Positions 22,800-35,400 of a stretch of DNA of 64,000 nt are shown piece by piece. The position numbers and the translations under genes are program-made. Below the pieces are notes generated by a model that saw nothing but the letters and a program-made list of their open reading frames with translations, searched no databases and was not told the origin of the DNA. Origin of the DNA: Pelomyxa schiedti (Eukaryota > Protista > Evosea); contig JAHLWZ010000796.1 of the NCBI GenBank assembly GCA_020536535.1, forward strand, positions 1-64,000, in the 5' to 3' direction. Position 1 is the first letter of the stretch, and each line of letters begins with the position of its first letter.

Positions 22800-24158
22800 T
22801 CACAGGGTCTTGGTGAGGATTGGAATGTACATTTCCTCGGGGGTGAGACCCCCGTGGCTTCCTCTCTCAGGGTGGTCGGGCTCAGCAGTCCCATAATCCC
22901 ACCAAACAGATTCCCCAGTGTAAGGCAACACCGCCACTTGGCCAAGGTACTTCTCCACGTTGCTTGTGATTTGATCCACTTCTTCAGCTGAAACAGGCCC
23001 AAAGTAGTTGTTCTGAACCAAATAGCGCACAGGGACAACATCACAGCGGCCAGATAGCCCTCGTGACAGAATGGATATGGCCTGGGGAGCACAGCCCTCC
23101 TTCACATACAGGAACAAATCCCTCTTGCTGCCGTTGGGAACAATCGGGAGACCGGCGGAATTTGTCTTGATAAGAGGGACTATGTCGGGGAACGCGGTGT
23201 TGAGGTGAATGATTGTCTCGGGGCTGATGTCGACTTGTCCGTGGTCCGCACACACTATCAGAAGTATGCGGCCCTTTGCGGAATGTGTTGAGAGGGGCTG
23301 GATGAACTCACTCTCAACAGTCTGGAAAACTTTCTCCACTTCGGCAGCAACTTGAGGGGAGGAAGGTCCAAACTGGTGACTGAGTTTATCAATTGCTCCA
23401 TAGTAATAGAAGAAGTAACTCTTTTTCCCTGTAGTCTCGGCCTGCACTCGCGCATTTGCCACGTCACCGGATAGAGAAGCAAGGCCGGTAGTGAGGTCCT
23501 GATACTGGAATACCCTATCACAGTTCCTCACCATTTTAGCGTACGGAGAATCGGATTCCAAGGCAGAGGCGTAGATGCACGATGATATGCCCCTGCTCCT
23601 CAGCCTGCTGTATACCGTAGACTGTGCGCACTTTGCGAACAAGTGTTCCGCGGCGTTTTTCGGGATAGGCCCTCTCGGCATCCTGAACATGGTGTATCTC
23701 AGCGGAAGCACGATGTCATCCAGGACGGGGTCATAGAACCTCCATTCCAGCATTTCACTCCTACACGGAGGCAGGCCAGTGTCCAAGCAAGCAACGCAGC
23801 ACGCGGTTGTCGAAGGCCACAGCGAAGTCCCCCTTTTTATAGTATCGAACTGGCGCCGTACTATTTCTGCCGCGGCATCCACCCGGTGCGATGGCGTAGT
23901 AGCCTGGGTGCCAGTCACGGGCAACACGGTCGCAGTTGGTCCTGATGGCGGCGGCGATAGCGACGTTGTGGTGCTGGTGGTGCTGGTGGTGGGATGTGTG
24001 GAGTCGTAGTCTTGTGGGGCTATGAAACGCCAAGAGAGCGCGTCCAGCCACATTACAACGACCACGTCGCGGGAGGAGAAAGAACTCTCAACTAGTCTTG
24101 GAATGCCGTAGAAACCACCCTCCCCATACACAGGATTGACAAAGGATGGATGCAGCAT
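22800..24158 (-). CDS. Alkaline-phosphatase-superfamily nucleotide pyrophosphatase/phosphodiesterase, prokaryote-like, intronless
   Basis: WLDALSW, SLWPSTT (Thr nucleophile), TGLPP, YYGAIDKLSHQFGP, CADHGQ and GSHGGLTPEEMYIP. Confidence 0.88.
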   Translation of the reverse strand: MLHPSFVNPVYGEGGFYGIPRLVESSFSSRDVVVVMWLDALSWRFIAPQDYDSTHPTTSTTSTTTSLSPPPSGPTATVLPVTGTQATTPSHRVDAAAEIVRRQFDTIKRGTSLWPSTTACCVACLDTGLPPCRSEMLEWRFYDPVLDDIVLPLRYTMFRMPRGPIPKNAAEHLFAKCAQSTVYSRLRSRGISSCIYASALESDSPYAKMVRNCDRVFQYQDLTTGLASLSGDVANARVQAETTGKKSYFFYYYGAIDKLSHQFGPSSPQVAAEVEKVFQTVESEFIQPLSTHSAKGRILLIVCADHGQVDISPETIIHLNTAFPDIVPLIKTNSAGLPIVPNGSKRDLFLYVKEGCAPQAISILSRGLSGRCDVVPVRYLVQNNYFGPVSAEEVDQITSNVEKYLGQVAVLPYTGESVWWDYGTAEPDHPERGSHGGLTPEEMYIPILTKTL

Positions 24159-24275
24159 CTGTGAAAGATACTTCGGGTTTTTTGTTTTTTGTCACACCGG
24201 CAGAAGCGACTTCCTTGAAGAGCCCTTTTTTCAAGAAACTGATCAGATCTCACTAGTGAAGCGTCAACATCAGGC

Positions 24276-24830
24276 ATGGCGGCTACAGTACCCAGGAAGT
24301 TGCTTGTAGCTAGTCGCGCGGACCAGCTCAGGGTGGGAGACATCGCGGTCGTGCGAGGGAACCCTGTGAGGCTCGACACCGTGGCGTCGACGAAGCGGCC
24401 GGGCAAGCACGGCCACGTCAAGGTGACGCTCTCGGGGCTGGACGTCGCCCACGGCGGCGTCGTCACCGACTGGCTGTCCTACAACGGCGACGTGTGGCTG
24501 TGCCGCCCCGACGCCCTGTGGGGCCCCAGCTCCGCCGTCTTCGCCGACCCCGCGCGCCGCGTCTGCGGCTGCCTCTCCGAGGGCCGCGGCGGCGGCGGCA
24601 CCGCGGAGGCCACGTGCGCGCCCGAGCTGTGCCGCGAGATCGCGGACGCCATCGAGGCGGACGTCGCGGCGGAGGGCGTGGAGGTGACGGTCGGGAGGGT
24701 CGCGGGGATCGAGGGGTGGGAGTACGAGTCGTTCACGATGGGGCACGACACGGGGAGGGGATACTTGTTGGCTTCGGGGAAGGAGGTCTTCTACCACGGG
24801 GTCCTGTGTGTCAACAAAAAAGAGCACTGA
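24276..24830 (+). CDS. Divergent eIF5A/aIF5A-like protein, intronless
   Basis: ADQLRVGDIAVVRGNPVRL..STKRPGKHGHVKVTLSGLDV (SH3-like N-domain with GKHGH loop). ELCREIADAIE..VEVTV parallels the eIF5A OB domain. Confidence 0.8.
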   Translation: MAATVPRKLLVASRADQLRVGDIAVVRGNPVRLDTVASTKRPGKHGHVKVTLSGLDVAHGGVVTDWLSYNGDVWLCRPDALWGPSSAVFADPARRVCGCLSEGRGGGGTAEATCAPELCREIADAIEADVAAEGVEVTVGRVAGIEGWEYESFTMGHDTGRGYLLASGKEVFYHGVLCVNKKEH

Positions 24831-24944
24831 GGAGGAGGGGGAGGGAGAAATGCCTGGCTTTGTTTATTCTTAATTTGTATTGTTGTTGGGAGTTGATGCT
24901 TGTGTTTTGGCGACTTGGGCTTTCTCGTGGGGTGGAGTTACTTT

Positions 24945-26707
24945 TTAGCTGCATGAGGTGAGGTCTGCGAAGCCAACTTGCAGATTGGCCATATCGTAGA
25001 TCACATTGTACTGCGTGAGGAGCTGTGCACCCATCACTGTGAATGTGTCCAAGCCGAGAGCAAGGCCCAGCTCCCCGCGGGAGCAATAGTACATGTCGGT
25101 AATGTAAAGCTCTAGTGAGAAAAAGAAATCATGATTCCATTGGAATCTTGAGTGGAGTTGGATGTACGGGGAGGGTAGTTCAAGGTCACTCCATCAAGGA
25201 GAAAAGATATCACCGGGTACATTGCTATTTGCTGCGCTGTAAGCTTGTAGCATGCTCCGTCAAACAGGGTTCTGTTGTGATTAAATGTTTTGAAGATGGA
25301 TATAGCCACACACAGGTTGTTCTTCAACCCTGAGCATATGCCAACAAGATTGGCATTGCTACAGTTATCCAGCATTACATTCTCAATTCCATCCAGGGCA
25401 GCCTTGTTGTTGGTAGGTGAGGTGAAAAAGAGAAAAGGTAGAGTTGGGCTACTTGAGGCATTGTGGGCCAAGTTGTGCCTGTGTCCACAATGCAAGGGTT
25501 ATTTATAACGGGCTCAGCAACTCCTGTGGATTCGGGATAAGTAGATTTGGTGAAGGGGGTTTTTTTGAACACCGTACCGATAGAAACGCCCCCAACAGTA
25601 ATGTCGTTTATGTGAACCGTGAAAAAATCTTGAGAAATTATGGGCGTGTAGCTTATTGGTCCATTTGAATATGGTCCTACTCCTGGACAAATTTGTAAAA
25701 AGAAGTCTTTCTACGCAGATCATACCTCCTAAATACAACATCCCTGCAAAGTTATCAGGTTTCAGTTTTAAAACAAAAGAGGAAAACCTCCATTCGAGGT
25801 TATGCACATTGAGAAGATGAGTTGGTCTATGATTCCATTTAAATAGAATTGATTGAACAATGGGATTGCATTTGAAGCACTTTCTGTCTGACAATAGATT
25901 TGTATCATGATTAAAACGAAGCTAAACAGTACCTGAAATCCCATGCCCCACATGCCCTCTGGCTGAAATGGTGTTTCAAGGTTCAACGGTGGCCTTTTCA
26001 TCTCTTTTCTCTTTTCCTGTGTGTCATCCCCCATTATGACACTATACACAGCACCAAACTGCCCGATCAGAGAGTTATCAGTGTTAGGGATTGATATAAC
26101 ATCGTTCCACAGAGTTGCTTTTTCTGCAACTCCGACATAACTCACAGTATAGCCACAGAGGCTACTGTCTGGATCATAATTAATTAATTCGCCATGTAGC
26201 TATTCCTATGTATTTGCAACGAACCTGTAAGGCAATCCGTGCATGCGTAACTAGGATCGTTGCAATAAATAGGAGCAGAGGTAGCGGAAGCAGAAGAGTT
26301 ATACCTATCACTGGAAGTGATTATTTAGTTAGAACAGAACTGTTTCCGATGAGTAAGTATCTCCAAGAAGTAATTACAATCCTAAGTAAAAAAACAGAAG
26401 AGAGTCGAAGGTGTACTCGCCAAGACACTCATCAGCACAAGCCACATCAGGAACCAATAAGTCACTGGACCCAGTGTCCAATCCCATAGTGAACTGTACT
26501 GGCGGAGTACCCACTGACAACTAAAATTGTAAAGGTCACCCAATGAAGAAGACACCCAGCAGAACATAATCTTCAAGGTGTCTTGCTTACGTAGACGTAA
26601 TAGATGGGAACCATGGACCTGTAGACAGGCATCTCGACCGTGTTGGCGGCCAACGCAGCACCAACAACCGAGAGCAACAATGAACAAACACACCCAACAA
26701 GGGACAT
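24945..26707 (-). CDS. Secreted pepsin-like aspartic protease (A1); multi-exon
   Basis: Signal peptide, LSVGTPPVQFTMGLDTGSSDL, IVDTGTT, and C-terminal VMGAQLLTQYNVIYDMANLQVGFA. Confidence 0.92.
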
Positions 26708-26914
26708 CTTAAACACCGAGTAACTGCTTTACTTGAAATGTACGAATCTCAAACTAGGTAATTAACCAGATATTGCAGTGGTACACCAAGAAGCGAAAAC
26801 CTCCAATCAAGGAGGGGTGTCTAGTTCAAAACGCACTCGGAGGCATGCAGGGGATGAGTGTCTCTTGGCCCAATCTTGGAGATCTGATGGCAATTCCTTT
26901 GTAGTTTATTAAAA

Positions 26915-29075
26915 ATGTCACGGCGTGTGAACGGGCCTGTTGTGTGGCTCAAGGAGGACTTGTTTAGATTCTTGTTGCCTCGTTCTTTTGTTGTTGTTTC
27001 CTCAACGTCATTACGACCAAAACCGACAAGATCTGAGGGTGGTGAGGCGAGGGACATTTCTTCCCACGCGCCGAAAAGGAACGACGTGGACTCGTTGCAT
27101 ATTGGAGATTCAAACTTGGGGCTCTCTGTGAAGTCAATCGCGGCCTTGTTTTGGAATGGGAACAAATCGTGCACCCCAAGTTTATCTCCCGCCCTGAGGT
27201 GCCTTCGGAAATAAGAAATATAGAAAAAGTAACACCATAACACAAAGCATGCATGAATGGGTCACAAAAGCCAAGCAATTTTTCTCTATGCCCGAGTTGC
27301 ACGCACGCCTGTATGTAATTTGTAATTTGTCATTTCACATTTGGACCTCTTATGGAGGAAAGGTACTATACTGCACTGCAAATGCATCTGTCGGCAACCA
27401 CCTTTTCACCATGTTTGACATGTGCCACATTAGCATTGTTTCTGTTTTGCCATCTCATTTACTTCAAGAGGCACCAACAGTAAGAAGCTCCTCCAATTGG
27501 ATTTTTGAATAAAATTGATTGGGTAGACCAGATGAAGCATTCCCTCTTGTGCATTCTTCTGGTTTCCCTTTAGAGGGTGAAAATGAGTTCTTAACTTTTT
27601 TCTTTGTATGTGCTCCGTTGAAATAAATAATAAATAATAATAATTCATTCTAACATGAATTGTCGGTTTATTGTACACCTGCAGATTTACCTGAGAGATT
27701 TATTATGCATAATAGCACACGAATCTGGGATTGTGAATGTGGACGAGTTTGATTCACTTTCTTTACTTTTCTCCTCTGCTTCTTCTTTGGGTTCTCAACA
27801 AGTAATATCCCCTCTAATTCCTATCCAAAGTTACACCCCAAAGTTTTCCCGTTTGAGTGACTCTGTTTCATTCTGGGACAATGAGAGAGGATGTTCTTCA
27901 GACCAACTTCATGTAGCTTCAACTTATTTGATATTCAAGTTTATTTGCACTCAGAGGTGGCTTCAACAAAACTTGACTGTTAATAACCTTCTGTATCCAT
28001 CACAACAAACACTACGAACTCTTCACTCTTGTGGGCCTTTGTCCAGGTGAAGGAGCCCCTCTTTTTTCTATTTGTTCACCAATAAAGCAGGAGTGGTCCA
28101 TTTCTTGTAAACCGCATCAGCAACAATACGGTATATATAACTACAGAACATTCCACGGCCGCACCGAGTAGATGTGCATACATTACATGTAATAATACTT
28201 CATCTATTTATGTACTTTCCGCACTTGCTCAAGTCTTTATTGCTGACTGCAAGTATTTACGTTTTCAACAATTTGTGGTAACCTTGTCCAGTAATTGCAT
28301 CGTAGTGGTTGGTGCTGTTTCTGGATCTATTTTAATGAGGCAGTGTGCCAAAGTTACCCTCATAGCCACATGCAAGACTCTTCGTGTAGTGTATTTCACC
28401 ACTCAATCCGTGCTCCCCTTTACTTTACTCTCTTGGTTGCCACTAATTATTTACAGTAACTGCAATGACTGCAAACTCTTTATTTGTACAAACAACCGAC
28501 CCCTTATGCTCGGCTCAAACCTTCAAATTGGTCTCGCACCTTACAACACAACATATCCCACACTCATCCACCATCTTCGGCAGTCTCGTATAAACATCAA
28601 CAATAACTTTTGGGATAAACCTTTCATCGTTTCTGACACGCGATTCTGTGCACAGCAGCCATCTGTATATTTGCTTCCAACAGCCGAGTATTCTAGATTT
28701 TGTATCCCTTTTGATTTTACCGATGCCGGTAACACAGAAGTCAGTAATTTGTTTATCCTGCAATTGTCTCCTAACCCAATTGTAGAGAGCAACGCTCGTT
28801 GTACCACTGCCGAGTGCATACTCCGAGGCACTACATCAAGAAGAAGAGCAAGCAAATGAAGCTATTCAAAGAATAATGCAAATGGAAGAGATGTCTGCAG
28901 ATTCCACAAGGCACATTCAAAAGTGCTTCCAGGTTCTAACCTTCCCTTCGAGATCATTCCCTCTGACTAATGTTGAAAAAAGGAGTGGTTGGCACAAAGC
29001 CGGAAGCTACGGGAGATCTGCGACCTGTGCCACCTTGAGAGCACACCGAACCAACCCAACACTTCTGACTCATGA
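26915..29075 (+). CDS. TBCCD1: TBCC domain-containing protein 1; multi-exon
   Basis: N-terminal VWLKEDLFRF. C-CAP/TBCC beta-helix IYVLSAL..CIVVVGAVSGSILMRQC..CTNNRPLMLGSN..LAPYNTTYPTL..NNFWDKP. C-terminal EWLAQS..REICDL. Confidence 0.85.
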
Positions 29076-29124
29076 GATGTTTCCAACAAAGAATTCAACA
29101 GAAGCACAACAACTATCTTTCTTT

Positions 29125-29955
29125 TTACAGACCACTATTATCCTCAATGTAAAACGCTGGGTTCATGCTGCTGTAGGCGGTGCTGTGATATGCGCTATCG
29201 TCCTCACTGAATGGTGTGTCCTCTGTAGTGACGTGCCTTGTAACGAGCCAGACCCTCAGCACCAGTGCAATGAGGCAGACCAGGATTGCCACTACGTGCT
29301 TGGGAGTCACCCTCTGGTTCCAGGGCAATGCCGAGGTTGTGACGGGTCCTTGCTGGGGCCGCCCATTTGCTGCGACTGGCGTGGGGATTGTGGGGGGAGA
29401 TGTTGGTGTGGAAGGTCGTGCTTGTGGGGCCGAGAGTCCTGGAGTAGGTGGCGTTGGCACTGGTGGTTTTGGAGACTGTGCCGATGGTGTCGGTTGTTCC
29501 GGGGTTGGTGTTGGGGCTTGTGGGACCTGGATTATGGGAGTTTGTGCCGGGGGTGTGAATGCGTCGGAGGGGCACCGCCCGCAGAATTTGGCGTCGATAA
29601 CAAATACAGGCTTCTGCATGTTGTAGACGGTACAGGGTGTGGGGACCCCCGGTATCTGCCGGTGCTGGGGCGATGAGGCACCTGGGGGCCGACGACTGGT
29701 TGTGGTGGCACTGGTGGGACGCCTCGGAGGTACCAACGCGCCGTCGCCCTCGTCGTCGTCGGGGCGCGGTTCTCCACGCGACGTCGGCGGCCTCGACGTC
29801 GTCGGAGTAGTCGTGCTAGTAGCAGCCGTCGTAGGGGTCGGCGTCGTCGGCGCGGTGCCGGTACTCGACTGCGAAAAGTCGGGAGGGGTGGGGGAACCCC
29901 CGAGTTTGCAAACTTTGGTACTCCTTCGAATGTAGGGTGGCTTGTCTCCCTGCAT
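29125..29955 (-). CDS. Pro/Thr-rich single-pass membrane hypothetical protein
   Basis: Single ORF starting MQGDKPP, low complexity, with one hydrophobic stretch (VVAILVCLIALVLRVWLV). Confidence 0.55.
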   Translation of the reverse strand: MQGDKPPYIRRSTKVCKLGGSPTPPDFSQSSTGTAPTTPTPTTAATSTTTPTTSRPPTSRGEPRPDDDEGDGALVPPRRPTSATTTSRRPPGASSPQHRQIPGVPTPCTVYNMQKPVFVIDAKFCGRCPSDAFTPPAQTPIIQVPQAPTPTPEQPTPSAQSPKPPVPTPPTPGLSAPQARPSTPTSPPTIPTPVAANGRPQQGPVTTSALPWNQRVTPKHVVAILVCLIALVLRVWLVTRHVTTEDTPFSEDDSAYHSTAYSSMNPAFYIEDNSGL

Positions 29956-30986
29956 TAGTGACGTGGGTTGGTTGGTTGTTAGGTTTTTTTGTTTTTTTAA
30001 AAAAAATAGAAACATACGTTAGGGTACTTAAATAGGAGAAAAAGGTATGCACACGTCAGTAGCTGAATTCTACTTGTTACCTTTGCTGCACAAGTCGATC
30101 ATTGAGTTTTAGAAGCAGTTGCACTTGAAGCAAGGAAACTCGGCATAAGATGAAATCTAGAAGATTATGCCTTCCTCTGTGAAGGGTTTGACGTTTCCAT
30201 CTAACGGCACAGCTTTTTCGTGCGCAGATTTTAGAAAACACAACTTAAAGTCCAAAATCGTCAGGCAGTAATAGTACTAGAAGGAAGTCTGTGCTGTGCT
30301 GGGTGCATAGACAATTAAATGACAATGACAGGAGAACCATACCACAAACCAACTTACACTAGTCCCAAGACACTCATTATCTTTACTGGAATAGTTCCCA
30401 GGTGACTCCAGTACACGGAAGCGTCAGTCACCAGTCACAGGCCTATCTAAAATAAAGGGTGGAAGACGAGAATGCATTGAGTGTGGAAGGCTGGACGGAA
30501 GATGAAAGAAGGTTTAAATGTTTGCTTTGAGAAGTGGGTAACTGAGCAGCTTTTGAGGACCCTCAGTTCCGTTTGGATATAAAAAGATAATAATGGGTGG
30601 GCGGAATATTGCTACAGTCAATCAGTGTATTCTCTGGCAAGTAACAGTAACGAACACCCACCCCGACATTTCGTTGTACTATAGCTGCCGAAATCACTCC
30701 ACTTTTCTTCAACCGAGTGTACATCAAGCATTGCCCCTTGCATACACTCTCATTCCCGTATGCAAATCGAAACATGACAACGTGACGGACTCAACTCCGC
30801 TCGATATTCTCTTGTTATAACAGGCAAAAGCGCGGTAGAAAACCAACAAGAAAATGGAGTAGAAGCAAGAGACACCCAGGGGTGGTACTGCTTCGTAAAA
30901 AATTGAAAGAAGTTTAGCACGATGTTCCTTTCGCCGAACGAAAAAAATTTTGCGAAGTCCAGATCAGTGACTGTGAACAGCCCGGC

Positions 30987-32148
30987 TCAACAAAAAGTGG
31001 CAGAGCGACCTGGGGCATAGCCTCCGGCACTGTACTGGGGTGCCGCGAGGGGGTCTCGGAGTTTGATAGCCAGTTCCCCTTGCTCGGATTCGGTGGAGGT
31101 TGTGTTCTGGGTGAGAGTGGTGTCTTGGGGTGTGGTCTCCTCGGCGCGGAGTAATCGTAAAACAGAGTCAACAATCATCTCATTTGGTTGGCGAACGGAA
31201 GCCAAATGGCCGAATAACCTGACATAGAGTGAGTGTAGAGCAGAGCTTATGTAGTACTACCCTACTGAGGAGGTGTGGGGGCATGAGGTCAAGTATAGGA
31301 CGTGTGTAGGCCATGGCTCCTGACCTTGGCACTCTAGACCATCAAAAACATGTGATGCAGAAATGATTACACAGCCCCGCTCAGCGCATTCTTGTCGCAA
31401 ATAACTAAAGAAAGAAGGAGTAAATTTGCTCGGTGGGATATAGGGATAATCATATACGTATAGATGTCAAAGCGACAAACGACGTCAAGGAGTGCGGTGA
31501 CCTCATCCATAAGTAAAACTTTGAAGGGATACAAGAATCCAAGGAACAACTGGACTCGGCGCCGTTGGCCATCAGAAAGTCTGTTCCTTTCATTATGAGT
31601 AAAAGTACAACATGGGAGCAAGAAGGCTTCTCAGAAGATTACCAGTGCCATTCTGGGGATACTCCCAGCATACGTAGTAAACGCTCTCTTCTTTCAGGAA
31701 AGCGCTTTTGTAACGATGCCATCATCTGACCGACCTGCAAGTCAGTTGTGTAAGCCACTCCACATCCAGAGAATGCAACGGTTCTCAAACCCCTGTGAAT
31801 GAAGCGTCACTCCGAGTGACTTGAAATCGTCAAAAATAACCAGTTTGGGTCTAGTAAGAGTCTTTCTTCATTCAACGAGGTATCACGGAAGGCATGTTTT
31901 GACAAAACAGAAACTGTGGCAGCCTCTGAGTGAGGTAAAACTCCACCCACAATTTGCAGCAGAGTGCTTTTGCCAGCTCCATTCCTCCCAACGAGCTTTG
32001 GTCAGTCAACAACAAGCGATGGGAAAAAGCAACGAGAGCTCACCAAACAGCGAGAACCAAAAGGCAGTTCGAAAGAAACGTCTCTGAGAACGGGAGTACT
32101 GCCACCGCTGTACGAAAACGTAAGGCCCCGAACAACCACGCCGGACAT
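30987..32148 (-). CDS. Soluble single-NBD ABC ATPase, CAF16/ABCI-like; multi-exon
   Basis: MSGVVVRGLTFSY..GSRCLLVGGNGAGKST (Walker A), LSDGQRRRVQL (CAF16-type signature), LLMDEVTALLDVVCR, SASHVFDGL and C-terminal GGYAPGR. Confidence 0.88.
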
Positions 32149-32431
32149 GGCACCACCCCAATAAGTGATCTAGATCTTAGAAAGATCAATGTTCAACAGT
32201 ACAAAGGTACGAGATCTTGCAGAGCGTTTACTCATGTCCAAACGTGCGTTGTGGGGCCCCACGATGAGATCATAGAACAATCCATCGAACGGAATTTATG
32301 GACGAATGAGTTGTTTTTTTTCCCTTGGCTTTTTCCCAGTCACCACCTCAACGCCGGGGATTGGTGCCAAACCGTTGTGGAGAAAAAAAATTTCAAAGAC
32401 GAAACGAGGCTGCCACTCTGGACAATAAATA

Positions 32432-35400
32432 ATGAAGGTGTCAGATTGCAAGGCGGCATTTAGGAGGATCTTGACTCGGGCTAGTGTGTGGCAATGGGTG
32501 GTTGTTAGTCACAAGAACATCCTTATGTCATTGCGCAACTGGAAAACGACGGTGACGCAGATCTTAAGTCCCGCTATCATCATGATGTTTCTGCTCAGTA
32601 GGCATTTTGTGTTGGTCGATTGTGTCTTTTCTATCACCATCTTCTTTCTTTTTCTTACGTTAGTGGCTTGTAGTATTTCAGGTCATTTGTGACACACTTT
32701 TGATGTTCACTATGTACAGCCCTGCGGCTGTTCCTGTTGGCAAAATACCAATGTGCACACCTGCTGGAGGTCATTTTATTGTCACTGAGACACTGGGTGG
32801 CTCACAGGGTCAATGCACAACTTTGCTGTATTCCCCACAAGGAGTAGCATGGGTTGATGATGTTATGCTGGCATTAGCTCAGGATAACGGCTTGGTATAT
32901 GGCGGTATTGTACTGCTTTCTGTTAACATAAAAACCAACCTTATTCACCAGAGGATATTTTGTCAATGGGTGGTGATGATCACTCTATGTTCGGTCTTCT
33001 TGCTGATAACCAGACACTTTACACTTATATTTTGGACCACCAAAATCAAACCCAGAATGCCATTTTGTTCACTTCAGCATATGGGCTAGACTTGAATGAC
33101 AGTGACCCTAACGTTCCTCAGCAATCAGGGTAATCTTGTCCTGGTACTTTCGATGCTGATACTTTGGCAGATATTTATTGTTCTTTAATGAAACTTATTC
33201 TGATAACAATGGCTACTATACACCAGCACTTAATGTGATGCGTTCACTTGATGAAATTCTTTTGAGGAAAAAAACTGATTCTGCAGCCTCAATAACAGTA
33301 GGAGTAGCACCAGCACCTCAGCCAGAGCCAAGGTTGATACTCCTGAGTTTAACATTCAGAATACAAATTAAAGGCAACAGATTTCCTTCATTTGATGTAG
33401 TCGCTTCATTTGGCGGGGTTTGGTTTTATCTACCCCCAATGATAACCTTTTTCATGGTATTGAATGAAATTGTGATGGAGAAGGAAAGTCGAATACGTCT
33501 GGGGATGAGCATGATGGGAATGAAAAACTGGGTTTACTGGCTAACTTGGTTTGGTGTGGGCACATTCTTTATGGCTGTGATGACCCTTGTCCTCCAGTTT
33601 TCTGGAATGGCCTGCCTGGTAACAAAGCTCAACTACTTTGGAAATATTCTTTATTATATCTAACTCTTTCAACTTAGTTTGACTTCTTCACAAATTCCAA
33701 CTTTTTTGCTGTATTCCTCCTTTTCTTCCTCTTTGGGTTGTCATTTGTTTGCATTGCATTCATGCTGGCGTCAGTGCTCTCTCGAACCCAAACTGCACAA
33801 ACTGTTGGTTACGCTTTGATTCTAATAGGATTTGTTTTACAGGTACTAATATTATCGAAATTTTCTCTCTAACCTATGCAGTCAATTATCTGTGCTGGTT
33901 ATGGCATGCTAATTGCACTCCTTTATAATCCATGTAGGTTACTATGAATTTTTTTTCCCCTCTCTAAATAGTGAATCCAGCACATGCCTGGATTACTGTC
34001 ATTCGAGTAATTTTTCAGGTTTTCTTCTCTTTTTCCACGTTGCTTTTAACCACATCACAGCTTTATCCACCCTTCAATCTTGCTAAGGCTTGTCTACTGG
34101 GAGTTCAACTGCTTTATTCACTTTCTTTTAGGCTTATTCTGATATTGCTGCATTAAGTTCAGAAACAATAAATATGGCTCAGGGGACTATGGTTCAAGGA
34201 CCTGGGTTTCATTGGTCTGATTTGTATGTTCCCAGAGTGATTGAAGGAAACCCTCCTTACTATCCGGTACTTCTTTGGCGGGTTGTGGTTTAGTCTTAGT
34301 TCAGCTCAGGATATGACGGTGCCACCCCCTATTAATTCCTATTATGCCCTTCTCATTGACTCCGTGGTATGCATCACTCGTCACCAATCTCAGTAATGAA
34401 GAGTAGATCTTCCTGTTGTTGTGCTGGTATTTTGATAATATTCTCCCTGGCGAGAAAGGATCCCCACAGAGGCCACTTTACTTTTTCCTGACCAAAGACT
34501 ATTGGATGGGCAATAAAAATAAGAAGGTGGAAGCCCATTCTCCTTCCGCCACAACTATCAAGCCAATGGATGTATCTGCTATCAATTCTGATGTTTTACA
34601 AGTATCCGAAGGTAATTTTACAGGGATAAGTGCTTTGCAATTAAATTGGTCTCAGAAGAGGATTCGGACGTAATGAGGGAAGAATCCCTTGCAGCCTCAG
34701 TGGAAGATGAAGAAAATGCCAGTTCACACAAGTACACTGTTATCATGAAAAACCTGGCCAAGTCCTTTACATCGTACCTCTCCCATTGGTTTATTTATGT
34801 GCATAGAAAATAACATTGGCAAAAAAAAAAAAAAATAGCTATCATGGATTTTCCAAGAAATATGTTCGAGCAGTGGATGGAGTAACACTGTGCATTGAAG
34901 AGGGTACCATCTTCTGTATACTAGGAGTCAATGGTGCAGGTATACCTTCACTTGAAGCGCTCTCCTATTTATTTGTGCAGGGAAAACTACTCTACTATCA
35001 ATTCTCACTGGGATATATCCACCAACCGGCGGCTATTCCACTGTCCTGGGATTTGATGTTAAGGTACTATTGTTTCCAATAGTTTCCCTGGCTTACTGTT
35101 CCAACAGACCCAAATTGAAGAAATCAGGTTTTTATTTCATTTTTTGACAAATAACTGGAACTCACAACAAAAAAAAAAAAAAAAAAGGAAACTTCTGGGC
35201 GTGTGCCCACAGGTAAATGAATTGTATGCTTTGGACAATCCCTTATTTACCATTTAAGCATAACATCCTTTGGTCTGAACTTACTGCCTATGAGCACTTG
35301 AGCATATTTGCTCGCCTCAAAGTATCTCATCACACATCCCTACTTATCTGTAATTGTATTAGGGGATTACTGCAGTGAAAGAGGAAGTGGAAGCTAGGCT

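Noticed and set aside
30040-30300. RNase P/MRP-like motifs (GGAAGTCTGTG; AATTCAGCTAC)
   Set aside because: They are on opposite strands, each deviates from consensus, and no P4 pairing can be formed.
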